From: Octopus sinensis
Taxonomy: Eukaryota
Direction of reading: 5' to 3'
Length of the DNA stretch: 64,000 nucleotides
Assembly: GCF_006345805.1 (NCBI RefSeq)
Contig: NC_043005.1
Coordinates: 38,688,001-38,752,000, forward strand
Under the pieces are notes generated by a model that did not search any database, was not told where the DNA came from, and was given only the letters and a program-made list of their open reading frames with translations. Within the stretch, counting starts at the first letter, position 1; the number at the start of each line of letters is the position of its first letter. Shown here one piece after another: positions 1-12,817 of this stretch. The position numbers were made by a program, and so were the translations under genes.

Positions 1-189
1 AATTAGTCCAGAAATCGTGAATGAACCTCAAATATACCCAACAAATCATGTATTAAATATATATCATATGCTGTTATGCAGGGCATATATATTTCGATCG
101 TCTTCACCTTGTCAGTCGCTGTTGAACTTAAAACATTTATAGATTTAGTGACACAATATACGCAGTTTTTCAAATGACAGTCACAAGCA

Positions 190-443
190 TGTCCATGGGA
201 TTAAGAAGCTCGCTTTGCAGCCATGTGGTTTCGGATTCAGTTCCAACGCGCGGCACGAAAGTCAAGTGTATTCTATAACACCTTAGGACTAACAAATTGA
301 AATTTGGTGTGTGGAGGTCCATCATATATATTTATATATTTGTATGTGTGTGTGTATACGGACAGACGAACAGACAGACAGACAGACAGACAGGCAGACA
401 GACAGACAGACAGACAGACAGATAGATAGATAGATAGATAGAT

Positions 444-478
<35 letters not shown>

Positions 479-760
479 TAGATGGATTGATAGATTGATA
501 GATATAGATGTAGGTAAGCGTGTGTCTGCCTTTGTATGTGATTTGTCTCCTACACCGCATGACAACCCGTGTTGATTTGTTTACGTCCTCGTAACATCTC
601 AGGTCGACAAAACATTTCTTAAACTTAAAAATATATATATATATTATATATATATATATGTAAATACTGGTGTCGACTTGTTTCACAAAATCTCTACAAG
701 GCCGTGTTGCAGCATGGTCACAGTCCATTGTCTGAATCAAGTCAAATTTAAAAGATAAGA
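190..760 (+). mobile_element. Bipartite tRNA-head SINE (family A, octopus-type) with internal (GACA/GATA)n microsatellite
   Basis: Head AAGAAGCTCGCTTTGCAGCCATGTGGTTTCGGATTCAGTTCC (B-box-like GGATTCAGTTCC) and tail GACAACCCGTGTTGATTTGTTTACGTCC...GCAGCATGGTCACAGTCC. Both match other copies in this window (2243, 26113, 44926, 51322). Confidence 0.75.
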
Positions 761-1739
761 AAACCACCAGCAACTGATATGTTATTAGGAATCAACGCTG
801 GCACGAAATGTTCAAGTAAAAGAATCCCACTCAAATAGATAACACTAATACCTATTCGCACAATGTAAAGAACTTACCATTTTCCTGATCTGCTTTCGTG
901 TATATTATTTTTCAGAATTTATTCTTGTTTCATTTTCTCTTATATTTATTTTTATTTCTCATTTTTAATTGTTTGATTTTCTTAGATATAAAGAGAAAGA
1001 ATCTATCTGTGTCAATTATGAATTGTACTCTCTACAAATTTCGTATCCCCACTACTCAAATAAACAGATGTAAGTGTATTTTTTTAATAATCCAGATCGA
1101 TGCGCTTAAGGAAAGAAAATATACAATAGTAAAAGTAGCTGATGAAAAGTACGAGAAACATAAGAAAGAGAAGAATGAGGTGTTAAAGAAGAGAAAAGTG
1201 AGATAATTATAAATGATGGAATATATAAATGATTGTTAGTGAGAAAGGAAGAATCCAGAAAGAAAAATGAGAGACACGAATCTTGGAAAATTAGTGAAAT
1301 CGGAAACAAATTATGAAGTGTTTATTATTAGAAGACAAACGTTATCATATATATATAATAAAAAGTGCAGAGAAAGTAAGATTGAAAATAATGACACCGA
1401 TTTATAAGAATTAATGTCAAATAATATATATTAATCAATACCAAATAATATATAATAATTGATATCAAATAATATATATTAACGATAAAGGTTTTAGATT
1501 TGTTTAAATTAATTATGGAACGGAAAGGTTGAATTAAAAGATAAGTGGAAAAACTTGAAAATTAACCATTAGTAGCTCTTCAGTAGAAGGAAATTAAGAG
1601 TAATATTATGAATATAAAATGATGAAAGATATACTGAAAAGAAAGGGAAGGAGAAAGATAAAAATAAGCAAATAAAACTGAAGGAAAGTAAATATTGATA
1701 ATGTATTATTTTTTAAATTATTTTATTAGTTTATGTCAA

Positions 1740-1900
1740 TAGACTGCAGCATTCCTGGGGGGGGACAGTGCCTTACAAGGTTTAGTCAATGAAATCGAAC
1801 ACAGCACTTACTTTCTCTGTCTAGTACTTCAGTTAGTTTGTTTTTGATGAACGGCTAATGTTACAGGGACGTGAACAAAGCAACACACTTTGTCAACCAG
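1740..1900 (-). mobile_element. SINE family A tail fragment
   Basis: Reverse complement of the tail motif (GCTAATGTTACAGGGACGTGAAC...TTGTCAACC). Confidence 0.6.
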
Positions 1901-2062
1901 AGAGAGATAAACAGAAAGACGAATAAACACACACTCACAATAAAAAAAACTATATATCCCAAAGAACCGCATTCCCACATGGTCCCTAAAGCTCATGTCG
2001 ATTTCTTTTTACTTCACCCAATTTTGTTATTTACGCTTCTCCTTATTTTCCTTCTATATTTT

Positions 2063-2099
2063 CTTTCTGATGAAGGACTAGTGTCCAGAACGTTCAAAG
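2063..2099 (+). ncRNA. Degenerate minimal hammerhead ribozyme (PLE pLTR type)
   Basis: CTTT-CTGATGA-A-GGAC tagt GTCC-AGAA-CG-TT-C-AAAG. Core CUGAUGA and stem II are intact; GAAA is mutated to AGAA. Flanks resemble the copies at 23.1 and 43.4 kb. Confidence 0.55.
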
Positions 2100-2242
2100 T
2101 TGTTTCCCTTCCTTTTACACGCTGCATACAAATACAGCATTTCTTAGAATTAGTCTTTTTTTTGTGTTCAGTGTTTTCATAGTATATATATATACACACA
2201 CATACATACATACATACGCGCTGTGTATATATATACAAATAT

Positions 2243-2350
2243 GTGTAGCTGTGTGGTAAGCAGTTTGCTTCCCAACCATATGTCTTCTGCTATAGCTCCG
2301 TCCGACCACAGCCTTGTGAGTGGATTTAGTAGGGGCAAACCCATCCTATA
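2243..2350 (+). mobile_element. SINE family A head (internally deleted)
   Basis: GCTGTGTGGTAAGCAGTTTGCTTCCCAACCA...CCGACCACAGCCTTGTGAGTGGATTT. Confidence 0.75.
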
Positions 2351-3167
2351 TCTATATATATAAAACTCAACTTGTGTGTATGTGTGTGTATCTGTGTGTG
2401 TGTCTGTGTGTTTAACTTCCCGGCACATCTCCTCCTAGCCAACAAATCGCAGAACCACCAAAAATGGGTCACTTAAAGTTTAGGCGAATGAAAATTGAAC
2501 TGCGCTATTTCTGTTCCGAAATTCATCTCGCAAGTGCAAAAATCGATAATGTGTTTGTTTAGGCCTTATCCCATGCATTGAATAGTGAACTTTACTCAGT
2601 ATGCTGTTTGACGTCAACTGTGTTCACCACGCGTGCAAGCATGCGTAAATTGCATGAAAAATAAAAAAATCATGATATAAAAACGAATCGCCGTAAACAT
2701 TGTAGAAATTCGGCAAAGAAATGAATTTTCGGGATGTAGCCTGGAGGGTTTTTTCGTATTAATCGTTTGGACTTTGTGAACACATACCAATTGTTTTCAT
2801 AACATTTTTAACGCTTTGAATTAAATGTGACCATTTTGCGTTGAATCTGCAGTTTGAATCACTTTAACCAAATTTTAGCAGGCCGGATTTTTGATCATCA
2901 CGATACATCGCCAGCGACTCCCTGAAACTCTCCCCTAAAATCCCCTGATCTAAAAGAATAAGTCAACAATGCAATTATTTGATCAACAAAAATTTATGAA
3001 ACGCTTCTACGTACTTCCTATTGAGAAAATGGAACACATAAGCGCAAAAATAGAGGGCATTAAATGCTTGATTTTAAAACCAAAATAATTGAATTTTGAT
3101 TAAACTTCATCCAAGTTTAGCTAAATTCGCGCGTGCATAGAACGCAGGAGCCGGGCAATACTGCTAG
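2351..3167 (+). mobile_element. Non-autonomous Helitron-like element
   Basis: Begins A|TCTATATATATAAAAC followed by a GT-rich tract and ends ...GGAGCCGGGCAATACTG-CTAG|T. This gives 5' TC, 3' CTAG, an A/T target and a GC-rich subterminal remnant; no TSD or TIR. Confidence 0.65.
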
Positions 3168-3178
3168 TATATATATAT

Positions 3179-3425
3179 ATTATAATGATGGAAGGCCGGT
3201 TTATGGAGCTACCCTGGGGTTTTCGTCCATAAAGATTTTGGCCTTACGGCGTAACGTCAGACCTCAAACCGGTTGGCCTAAGACCTCATCAAAATATGGC
3301 TCTTATTTTGATTAGATCTTAGGCCAACAGGTTTAGGGTCTCAGGCCACGCTACACCGTAAGGCTAAATTTCTTATGGATGAGAAACCCAGGGTAACCCC
3401 ATAAACCAACCTACCCCGTTATAAT
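3179..3425. repeat. Long fold-back palindrome (arms about 120 bp, 7-nt loop), possible MITE
   Basis: 3179-3296 is the reverse complement of 3304-3425 (e.g. GGTTTATGG/CCATAAACC, TACCCTGGG/CCCAGGGTA, GCCTTACGG/CCGTAAGGC, GTTGGCCTAAGA/TCTTAGGCCAAC). Loop is TGGCTCT. Confidence 0.9.
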
Positions 3426-3564
3426 TTTGAATGCTCTACATCTTAGACTTAGATACTCCAGATTTATGTTTTTCTACAAATGATATATATATATGTAGAA
3501 GGTTGAAATATATGGAAAAATAGTCAAGGTAGAAAATTCTAAAATAATTTTATAAAAAACATTT

Positions 3565-3600
3565 CAGTACCAGTTTCAGTCATTGAGACTTTTTCAACTG
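3565..3600 (-). ncRNA. Degenerate minimal hammerhead-like motif
   Basis: Minus strand CAG-TTGAAAA-AGTC tcaat GACT-GAAA-CTGG-TA-CTG. Stems I and II and GAAA...UH are in place; the core heptamer is mutated. Confidence 0.4.
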
Positions 3601-4659
3601 TAAGTATGGAAAACAATTAAATTTTGGAAAAATTAAAAGAAAAGTTTTTTAAAAGAATATTTGCATAGTATTCAAATACAAAGAGCATTTCCCTCTGGAA
3701 TTCACACACATATTGGTTGGGCGTCCAACCAGGCCTTTCACGATAACCTTAAAGCCAGGGACTTTACACCACCTTCTCTTATATGCATATATAAACCTAC
3801 ATACACAATGGGAATTCGGGCCAAGGCTAATACAAAAAGCAACATTCAATAATATTGAAATTTATGAGACTGAGCGTTGAAATATTTTTTTTAAATATTA
3901 GACACATCATTACAAGAAGTTCAAAATTGATAACATTGATAAGCTACAACTGACAAGAAATGACGGAGAAAATTAGAAAATCCTAACAGAGAGGAGTCAA
4001 AATAATATAGAGAAAACGAACTCAATGTTAGAGACAGACTGTAAGTGTAAATAGCGATCCCTATCTTAAACTAATAATTCATTAAACTAGGTGAACTGAT
4101 GGCAAAGTGAACTGAACAGCCTAGATAAGAAAATCAGAAAAATACACATTGCATACCGAATACCCCCAATTGTAAAGCTGATTTGATAAAATATAGCAAC
4201 CATTCTCACAGAGATGTAGCACATAGATAAGAGGAGACATCTATTAGAATGGAATAAGTAATGAAGCAAAGATAAAGACTGATAATATAAAAGCATGAAA
4301 AAAGCTATTTTCTCTTTCGGTATGAGGAAATGATAATATATAAATTAATGAAAAGTTTCTATGAAGAACAAAATAGAAGTCTAGATAAGGATAAAGTAAG
4401 AAATGAAGGTTACAAGAAGCAAATAAAGAAATCTAAGCAGAATTTGAAAAACTGCTCAAGACAAAATAATGAGATAAACTTTTCTTCATAGACTGAACCC
4501 TGCAAGAATAGAGATTAGAAAGATTTGGAGAGGAAGAAGAGAGAGACAATATGTATTCAGCAGTGATTTAAATACTCTGGAATAAAGGTTGGGATTTAAA
4601 AGGCTGATGTGGTTTGTATGAGATTAATGTCAAACCAAAAATTCAAAATATACTTACGC

Positions 4660-4845
4660 TTTCAAATTATCGCTCAAGACTATCAATATTAGGGGTCGAA
4701 GTAAGTCGGTTGCATGGACCCCAGTGTTCAGCTTGTACTTATTTCATCGATCATGAAAAGATGAAACGCAAAATTTGAACTTAGAACGTAGAGACGGACG
4801 AAATGTTGCAAAGTAGTTTGTCCTGCATGCTGACCGTTCTCCCGA
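4660..4845 (-). mobile_element. SINE family B (Nin/Deu-domain), degenerate
   Basis: Matches the reverse complement of 35006-35237 (GACCCCAGTG...GTACTTATTTCATCGA...GATGAAA...ATTTGAACTTAGAACGTA). Confidence 0.7.
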
Positions 4846-5999
4846 AAATAAATCAAATGAAATTTTATGTTACCCGACGCTACCGTTTCTACTCTTACTA
4901 ATATAGAAACTAACTCCGTAAGCTAACACAGTTTGTTCAATTCCCTTCGGCACAATCGAGGAATACTGTGGGTATTAGTCAAACAGTTGAAAATGCTTGA
5001 GCAAGTATGGAAGATTTTAAAACTTTTCACCTGTTGACTAATCTCATACGATTGCAGAACGATCCAAAGATACTTCTCCAGTCATCTATCGGTACTAATG
5101 AACCGGATATTTCCAAAATAACACGGACAATTCTCTTGATTCGGGCCATCCGAAAGATAAGCGAACCTCCTAATTGTTGAGAAGGTGCATGAGTAGGTGC
5201 TTTCCAGAAATCCTACTCTCACTGATAGCTAACACATTTAAATTTCATGCCTTGGCATGGACATTTATACAATAGATTGCAAGTAGGTACAATTTGGGTG
5301 AGTGATAAATGGAACAAGTAACTAACTTTAAATTCATACTGGTGTGATTATCCTAACTTCGAGCCTGCTCATACAGTTTTGTATAAACCACTAATAATCT
5401 GAAATCCTTCACCTCATGGAGAATTTCAACAGGAAATATTTATAAGTTCCTTGTAGCTTTTTTCACAGCTAACCTTTACAAAATCGCGTAGTGTTGGCAT
5501 TTCCAATTACATACGTTGCAAAACTGGTTATTGCTGACGCTTAGCTTATTACTGATCCTCCTTGTTTTGATCGCAATTGAGGATGACTGATTTTTAGTTT
5601 ATTTTTTGCGTGTCACTGATCTTTGGCCGTTTTCTTTCTTTTCCTTTCACAATCAAGATTTACGATGATTCTGTGTCACCTTCTCTTAATCAGAGGAATG
5701 AAACAAGTCGGGGGAGAACGAAAACAGAGAGGTTAACTTGTGTTTGTATCTGCATGCATGTAATTTGCGTTTGTGTTTATACTGGTGTTGTTTTAGGGAG
5801 CAAAACCATTTGCTGCACTAATCGACGACGAAAATCTTCGCTATGCATCTATTGAGGTTAATGTTACTGTTGGTGGTAGTGCAGCAGCTGCTGTTGGTAG
5901 GGATGGCATTTAGGTTGTTCGGTAACTGCAGTGACCATAGTAACGCAAGCCTCTCCTTTCTTGGTTCTTGTTGTTGGCGGAAGGCTCTTCAGGTTATTT

Positions 6000-6185
6000 G
6001 TTTCAAATTTTCTCAGAAGGCTGTCAAAATGAAGGTGTCGGGGATAGTCGATAAAACTGAGCCCAGTACTTGAGAGATAACTTATTTTATTGGTCGCGAA
6101 AGAATGAAAGGCAATGTTGATCTCCGTGGCATCTGAGCTCAGAACGAACAATTAATGCAAGACAATTCATCCGACGCTCTAACGA
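6000..6185 (-). mobile_element. SINE family B, degenerate
   Basis: CCCAGTACTTG...ACTTATTTTATTGGTCGCGAAAGAATGAAAGGCAATGTTGATCTCCGTGGCATCTGAGCTCAGAACG. Confidence 0.6.
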
Positions 6186-6209
6186 TTCAACCAATCTACT
6201 ACCCTTATG

Positions 6210-6210
<1 letters not shown>

Positions 6211-6253
<43 letters not shown>

Positions 6254-6284
6254 TTACTACTACTATTACTATTACTACTACTAT

Positions 6285-6322
<38 letters not shown>

Positions 6323-6361
6323 ACACAACCACCACCAAGACTACTACTACAAATAATAAAG

Positions 6362-6416
<55 letters not shown>

Positions 6417-6430
6417 TAATAATAATAATT
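6211..6430. repeat. (CTA)n and (TAA)n microsatellites
   Basis: Read directly from the sequence. Confidence 0.95.
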
Positions 6431-6950
6431 GTCATGATGCAATACCAGGCACTGGCTCTCACAGCTTTTGATCTAAATTCATTGGAAGGTTTATTATGTA
6501 CATATTTTGTCTTGGTATAAAAGATGGGCTACAGTAAATATTCTGCTAAGTGCCACAAATTTGCTTCTCAGTTGTTTGACTTTAACGAGTTGAGCATATC
6601 CCCTACTGGCTGATGATAAGTGCTTCTCTGATCACAAGCAGGAGTAGAGTGGAATCATCATAGTCATGTGTTAAGAGGAATTCTTTGGGGCTTGAATAAT
6701 TCACCTCTGGAAATATAGGTGTTCCGTTCAACATCCTTAAACAAAACTTATTCAGGGACCTTTTGAGTGGTATGGGCTACTCGACCTGAAGGAAATTCTG
6801 AACGGGCTCCACCTGCAAGGTCATGAGTTGTTCATCTTGATATGAAATCACCATGTCGCGCACGTATGTTTGTGATGCATGTGCCTGGTGTGCCTTTATC
6901 AGACGGGTAGTCATGATGGATATATTGGGTTTCGTATATTTGTACCCCAT
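6431..6950. repeat. Unclassified interspersed repeat abutting a (TAA)n array
   Basis: GC-richer block with no clean ORF that begins exactly at the end of a TAA array. It resembles a high-copy octopus repeat as I recall it; the class was not determined. Confidence 0.45.
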
Positions 6951-7019
6951 AATAGAATCAGCCAAAAGAGAAAGAACGATGGACTGAAAACCATATGATT
7001 TACACACACTACTATGAAG

Positions 7020-7410
7020 TACACCTCCAAAAAACATACAGAAATAAACTCATACGGTAAATACCCAACAAAATTAACAATGCGCTATATGGTGATTTCA
7101 TATCCGATAGAAGAACACAACCTGCGCTGCACAAACAATACACAATACAAAAACTAATACCACAGAAGGCTAAAATCAAACGCCATAACAAAACATACTG
7201 ATATAATACAATATCCACCCCACCAAAATCAAATGCAGCACACACCACCCTACAAGCACAAAGGTGCAACAAATGATGTAATAGAAAGTTGCTTGAAACT
7301 ATCAGATGTCGAACGATGATGAGAAAGGGATGTCAGGAACATCTAGATAATATCCTAGGAGAACTATGTCTCAGAAAAAACAAACCTTAGAAAAATCCTA
7401 TCAATTTAAA
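7020..7410 (+). pseudogene. R4/Dong-like (RLE-type) non-LTR retrotransposon C-terminal remnant
   Basis: Fragments translate to (H/Y)GKYP near 7055 and MMRKGCQEHLDNILGELCLR...LRKILSI* at 7316-7409, matching the GMIKKG..L..IPG....LRK.L terminus of this clade. TAA arrays lie nearby. Confidence 0.55.
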
Positions 7411-8280
7411 TGTATGTGCAGTATTATATGAAGATATTTCACTACTGCTATCTGCCACTTCCCCTCCCCAAGCTTTCAGTCATACTGTAACATCTCTCAT
7501 CCTTCACCCGCCGAGTGTGTCTTGGTGAGTGACTGTAACAAACATGCAGATTAAAAGTAAATAATAGTAATAATAATAATAATAATAATAACCAATTATC
7601 AAAGATTATAACGTGCAGAAAAGGACACTGTGAGACCTCTATCAAAAGGCTGCTGTCCGACCTCACAGAATAAACCGGAGCAAACTCTGAGAAGTAAAAC
7701 AATAATAAAATTATGTGTAAGCCTAAAGCTTCAGAAATATCAAGATCAAGTAATGTGAAGTTACGACGTCCATGGCTGATAGAAAGTAGTGAGAAGCCGT
7801 AAATGAAAAGGAATTTGTTTTCTTGAATTGTTTTTCAGGAAATTTAAGTAGCTTAAGATTCACAACCACACTATCACACTAAGCAAAAAGAAAAAATAAT
7901 AATAATGAAATTCAACAATGACAAGTATAATAATATATTTTATGATGTGTAGATTGCCTTAACTGCTATGGTCTTTCATGATCCGAGATAGAAAGGATAA
8001 AAAAAGGAACAGTCTATGACCCATAGCAAGCAATCAACTTAATGAGTATGTTTTTGTTTGCTTTCCCTATTAAAGACTTCACTGACACCACTACTTCGTA
8101 GACACCAGCACCTTCTCTTTGCACGTCTCTTTCCACTGGTAATGTAAATAACCTTTCTAACGCTTCGACATTAAATCTTAGAAACTTCCGACGTGTTATT
8201 GTCTTATTTTCCACTCGTCTCCTTGTTCCATATGGCGAACAATGAGATACAATCTCTCTGAGTAAAGGTGCATTAGAAAC

Positions 8281-8353
<73 letters not shown>

Positions 8354-8465
8354 AAGAAGAAGATGAAGAAGAAGAAGATGAAGAAGAAGAAGAAAGAAGA
8401 AGAAGAAGATGAAGAAGAAGAAGAAGAAGAAGAAGAAGAAGAAGAAGAAGAAGAAGAAGAAGAAA
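8281..8465. repeat. (TAA)n(GAA)n compound microsatellite
   Basis: Read directly from the sequence. Confidence 0.95.
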
Positions 8466-9004
8466 AAAGAGTTATCAAATAAATTTACAGAAAGAAAAAG
8501 AATGAGTGTACGTGAGAAAGTGAATTTGACTTTGAAAAAGGTGTCTTTGAAATTAATGTCTAATTCGATTCGTCTCTGCTAATAATTCGATAGAAAATGA
8601 TCTTCTTTATGGTTTGGAAATGGATCTTTTGACGCAAACACACCGGAACAAAGCAATTAAGCAACAATAGATTCCAAGAAAATGGTAACAATATAACAGT
8701 AGCAAGGAGAAGAACAACAACAACAGCAATAAGAAAAACGACAAAACGACGATGACGATGTCTATGATTAAGATAACAATTATAAAAACAACAGCAACAG
8801 CAACATCACATCAATAATGATAATATTTTTCCCTATTAGACACACAGCCTCGTGAACTTAAAAAACATACGAACGTTTTATTAGGGGTTAGTAAGAACGA
8901 AAAGACAATGTGGAATCAGAAATGTGACATCACGTTTACAAATATAAAGGGAGAAGCGAGAGACGTTATACAATGTAAGAAAGGTCGTAATAGGAATTTT
9001 AAAG

Positions 9005-9084
9005 GCACATACACACGCATATACACAAGTATACACACATACGTACATATATATATACATACATATATATATAGATATATACAA

Positions 9085-9143
<59 letters not shown>

Positions 9144-9218
9144 TATACACATACATATAGATATATACAAATACATATATACATATATATACATACATAT
9201 ATATATAGATATATACAA

Positions 9219-9277
<59 letters not shown>

Positions 9278-9324
9278 TATACACATACATATAGATATAT
9301 ACAAATACATATATACATATATAT

Positions 9325-9423
<99 letters not shown>

Positions 9424-9426
9424 ATA
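9005..9426. repeat. (TA)n/(TACA)n compound microsatellite with internal tandem duplication
   Basis: Read directly from the sequence. Confidence 0.95.
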
Positions 9427-9742
9427 TGAAGATAAAGAGAAGGGGTGAACAGTTAAGAAAACTCTTTGGTACGAAGAGGATGTAAGGCGATCGAGATAAA
9501 TGGTCTACGCTTAGGTCAGAGAAAAGATGTGTATGTTAAAATGGGGAGAATGGTCAAAAGGAATATGTGAGAAAAGAAGAAAGAAAGGGAAGAGAAAGTG
9601 AAAAAAGGAGTGTTAGTTGGTGGTAAAGATATTAACCACGCTGATCTTAAGATAGACTTCATGCCCTTGTTTTATTTAAAAGCGACCATTCAACATGCAT
9701 GGAGTTTGTTTTTGTAACTACTCTTCTCCCCACTGTCTAAAT

Positions 9743-9787
<45 letters not shown>

Positions 9788-10417
9788 ATACATATGTGTG
9801 TACATATATATGTATATACCAGGTAAGGCTAGTTGAACTCTCGGTTCGATATTAATACGAGTGTGGAGTTTAATGCGGATCTTGTATGAGCATATGTATG
9901 TTAAATAAAATGAGTCAGCAAAGCCAAGGCTCTGTGTAATTTTTAGGAGATTTATAGAGATAAATTTAGTATTACAGCTGTTTCTCGGATATTAGGGAAA
10001 TACCTTCATTAGAGATAATGTGAGAAGGTTAATAGAGGGAAATAGGAGAGTTCAATATTAGGAGTTATTTTGGAAAAGTTTGAAAATAAGAAGTATAACG
10101 GGAAATAGGAGAATAAAAGTAAAAATAAGAAATATGTATGAAAGTGGTGTGTAGGAAAGTGGTGTGTAAGAAAGTGGTGTGTAGAAATTGTAGAAATGTT
10201 TCTTGTCCATGGTATGTAAATTGTGATAGGAGTTCATATTTTGTCATTACAACTAGAAAGTGTGGAGACGTAGATTCCATGTGCTGTTCAACCAAAGAGG
10301 GACTTGTGGTGTGACTGAAATTTTGAGAATATAGTGGTAGTATTAAGTAGATAGAGAGGAGAGAAAAGATGTGTATGTTAAAATGAGAAGAATCGTCAAA
10401 AGGAATAGGTGAGGAAA

Positions 10418-10454
<37 letters not shown>

Positions 10455-10620
10455 GGAAGAGAAAGTGAAAATGGAGTGTTAGTTGGTGGTCAAGATGTTA
10501 TGACAGGGATGGGAAAGGAGAAGGGGAGGGATAGGAAGAGATAAGAGTTAAGGAATGAATATGTATGAGGAATGAGAGGTGGAGTGATATGTTTTAAAGA
10601 ACTAAGGTGGAGGGATAGGT
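9427..10620 (-). mobile_element. Non-coding PLE-like remnant: direct repeat of about 115 bp flanking a decayed hammerhead motif
   Basis: AGAGAAAAGATGTGTATGTTAAAATG...GGAGTGTTAGTTGGTGGT occurs at about 9519-9630 and 10360-10497. Minus strand 9969-10015 reads CTAATGA-A-GGTATT tccct AATATCC-GAGAAA-CAGCTG-TA. Confidence 0.45.
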
Positions 10621-12364
10621 ACAGAAAATGGTACAGGGGGTTACTAAATTGAGTAGCAAAACTCAAAGAAAGGGAAAAATAATAAGATATTGCTATGTAT
10701 GGAGATTTTGAATCACCCTACGCACACAAATAGATACACACGCACATATTTACATGGGAATAATTAATTAATTAAAAGTATATTAAAATACAATAAAAGT
10801 ATATTGGAAGAATTTACAAAATGAAGGAGTAGTGGTTAGATTGATCTAGGGCACCTCTCAAACCTGTTCGGTTGATAATTTTAAAACTTTTCTCGCGTGT
10901 GACCAAATGCACCACTAAACTTGTTTTGAGACATTAAATGACACAAAACTCTCAAGGGTAACTTCTTTTTACTTTCGGTGTCATGTTTTCAGTTCATATA
11001 TTTGAGATGAGGTATGAAGATATTTAACGTGTCAATCCTAGGACTTTGGCTGCTGGTGCTATAAACTGAGTTTTTTTTGTTTTGGTATTGTTCTTCCTTA
11101 TTTTCATTTTCTTTATTTTTGCTTAATGTTTTTCAGTTCCAAGGCATTCAGTTTCAAGGTCTGTTTTACTCCGACAAATATAACAAAGCTTTCCAGCCCG
11201 TATCATCAATCGTATGCTCTTTGTCTTGGTATATTCTGTACGGGTCAATTCTAGTATGACTCTGGATTTTGGAATGCCATTAGGAGACGCTAACTCCATT
11301 TTGACGCCACTTTACAAAATGTTGCCATTCGTTAAGCTTGCTGTGTTCTCTCTCCCATGCTTCAACCTAAAACCCATAACTAACCATGTTGTGCCAAATG
11401 TCCCCAAGTGTGACTCTTGCATTAATTTGATCCATGTACTGAGGCACAAATCTATAGATCGATGTATATCTGACAATTTCAGCTTGTTTTCGTTTGGTTC
11501 TCTGTTTTAAAGACACGAGCATAACATTTGTGTTTTTTTAGTTGAGAGTACTTCTCCCGATACTTTTTACAGAACCTATTGTACAATTTGGCGTATGTGT
11601 GTGTGATGGTGCGGATGGGGGGAATTTAATCAGTTTTCGTATCCTTATAAGCAGAAATATATAACTTTTCTCTTTGCTTTCTCTTCGATAACATCCCGTG
11701 GCAAAGAAATACTGTTCGATTTTACGAAATTCTTTCACGTATATTTTTTTTTCTAAAAATGTGAGATGAAATGTTTTATATGTTTATTTCGTTTTATTGG
11801 AATTTCGCTTTCCCAAAACCCCTGTATGAACGAAACGCAGATTTTGAAATTGTTTAAGTGTTGCTACATCTTTTATTGCTGTTACAACTGTGGCTGTCTT
11901 CCAAATGACAAATTTCAGTATTTAGGACATTTTTCATCTATGTATTCTTTGGTAATTTGTTTATGTACTTTTACTGCTTCAACATTTAGATACTCACTTG
12001 TCTGCTACAGTTTTGTATTTTTTTTTTTGGCCACTGAGCAACCTTCCAAGAGCAATGCAGGTAAGGTAATTCTGATGACAAGTAGATAACAATGTTCATC
12101 TGCGGAAGCGTAATGATGATGATATGTTTAGTCTTGTAGCGTGCTCTGTGTGGTAACCATTTTGGATGTGAAAATGTAATACGAGTAAATATATTTTCCT
12201 TTTAAATTTGTAAAAATTCCTTGTCTACTTCTAAATTTTGAGAGAACCCCAACCTTTGACATGAACTCCGAGATAAAATTCATTTGATAAAGTTTGAATA
12301 GACAAGCAAATACAATGTCGTCTTACTACGGGAGACAGTAAGTAGAAGAATGGCAGTAGTAATG

Positions 12365-12580
12365 ATTTCTGATTTAGGCTCGTGGCTACCAGTATTTAGG
12401 ATATAATGTAAATCGATACTATCCGCACGAATACTTGACGGGTACGTTATTTTATCGATCCAAACCGGATGAATGGCAAATTCCTCTTCAGCTGGATTTG
12501 AACTCAGAACATGGAGTTCGAGCTAATCCAATACCGTAAAGTATTTTGAACGAGGTTCTAATGATTCTACCAGCTTGCTG
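12365..12580 (-). mobile_element. SINE family B, degenerate
   Basis: GGTACGTTATTTTATCGATCC...GGATGAATGGCAAA...GGATTTGAACTCAGAAC...TAATGATTCTACCAGCTTGC. Confidence 0.65.
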
Positions 12581-12817
12581 TCTGTTACTAGTCTTCGATT
12601 TAGACCAAAGTTCAACTTATGAGCGGCCGGCTCGTATACTATCTGTGCTTAGGCTTTCACGCTGTTCTTTCTTTTAAAAACGATACATAGTGCCATATAC
12701 CTTACTTGTCTCAACGAAGAATATTTCATTTCAGCTATCAACCAGAGTTGTCTTCAAATTTTGGTCGATTAGAATATGATAGGCTGTTGCGTGTTTGAAA
12801 AGACTACTAGAACTTAC

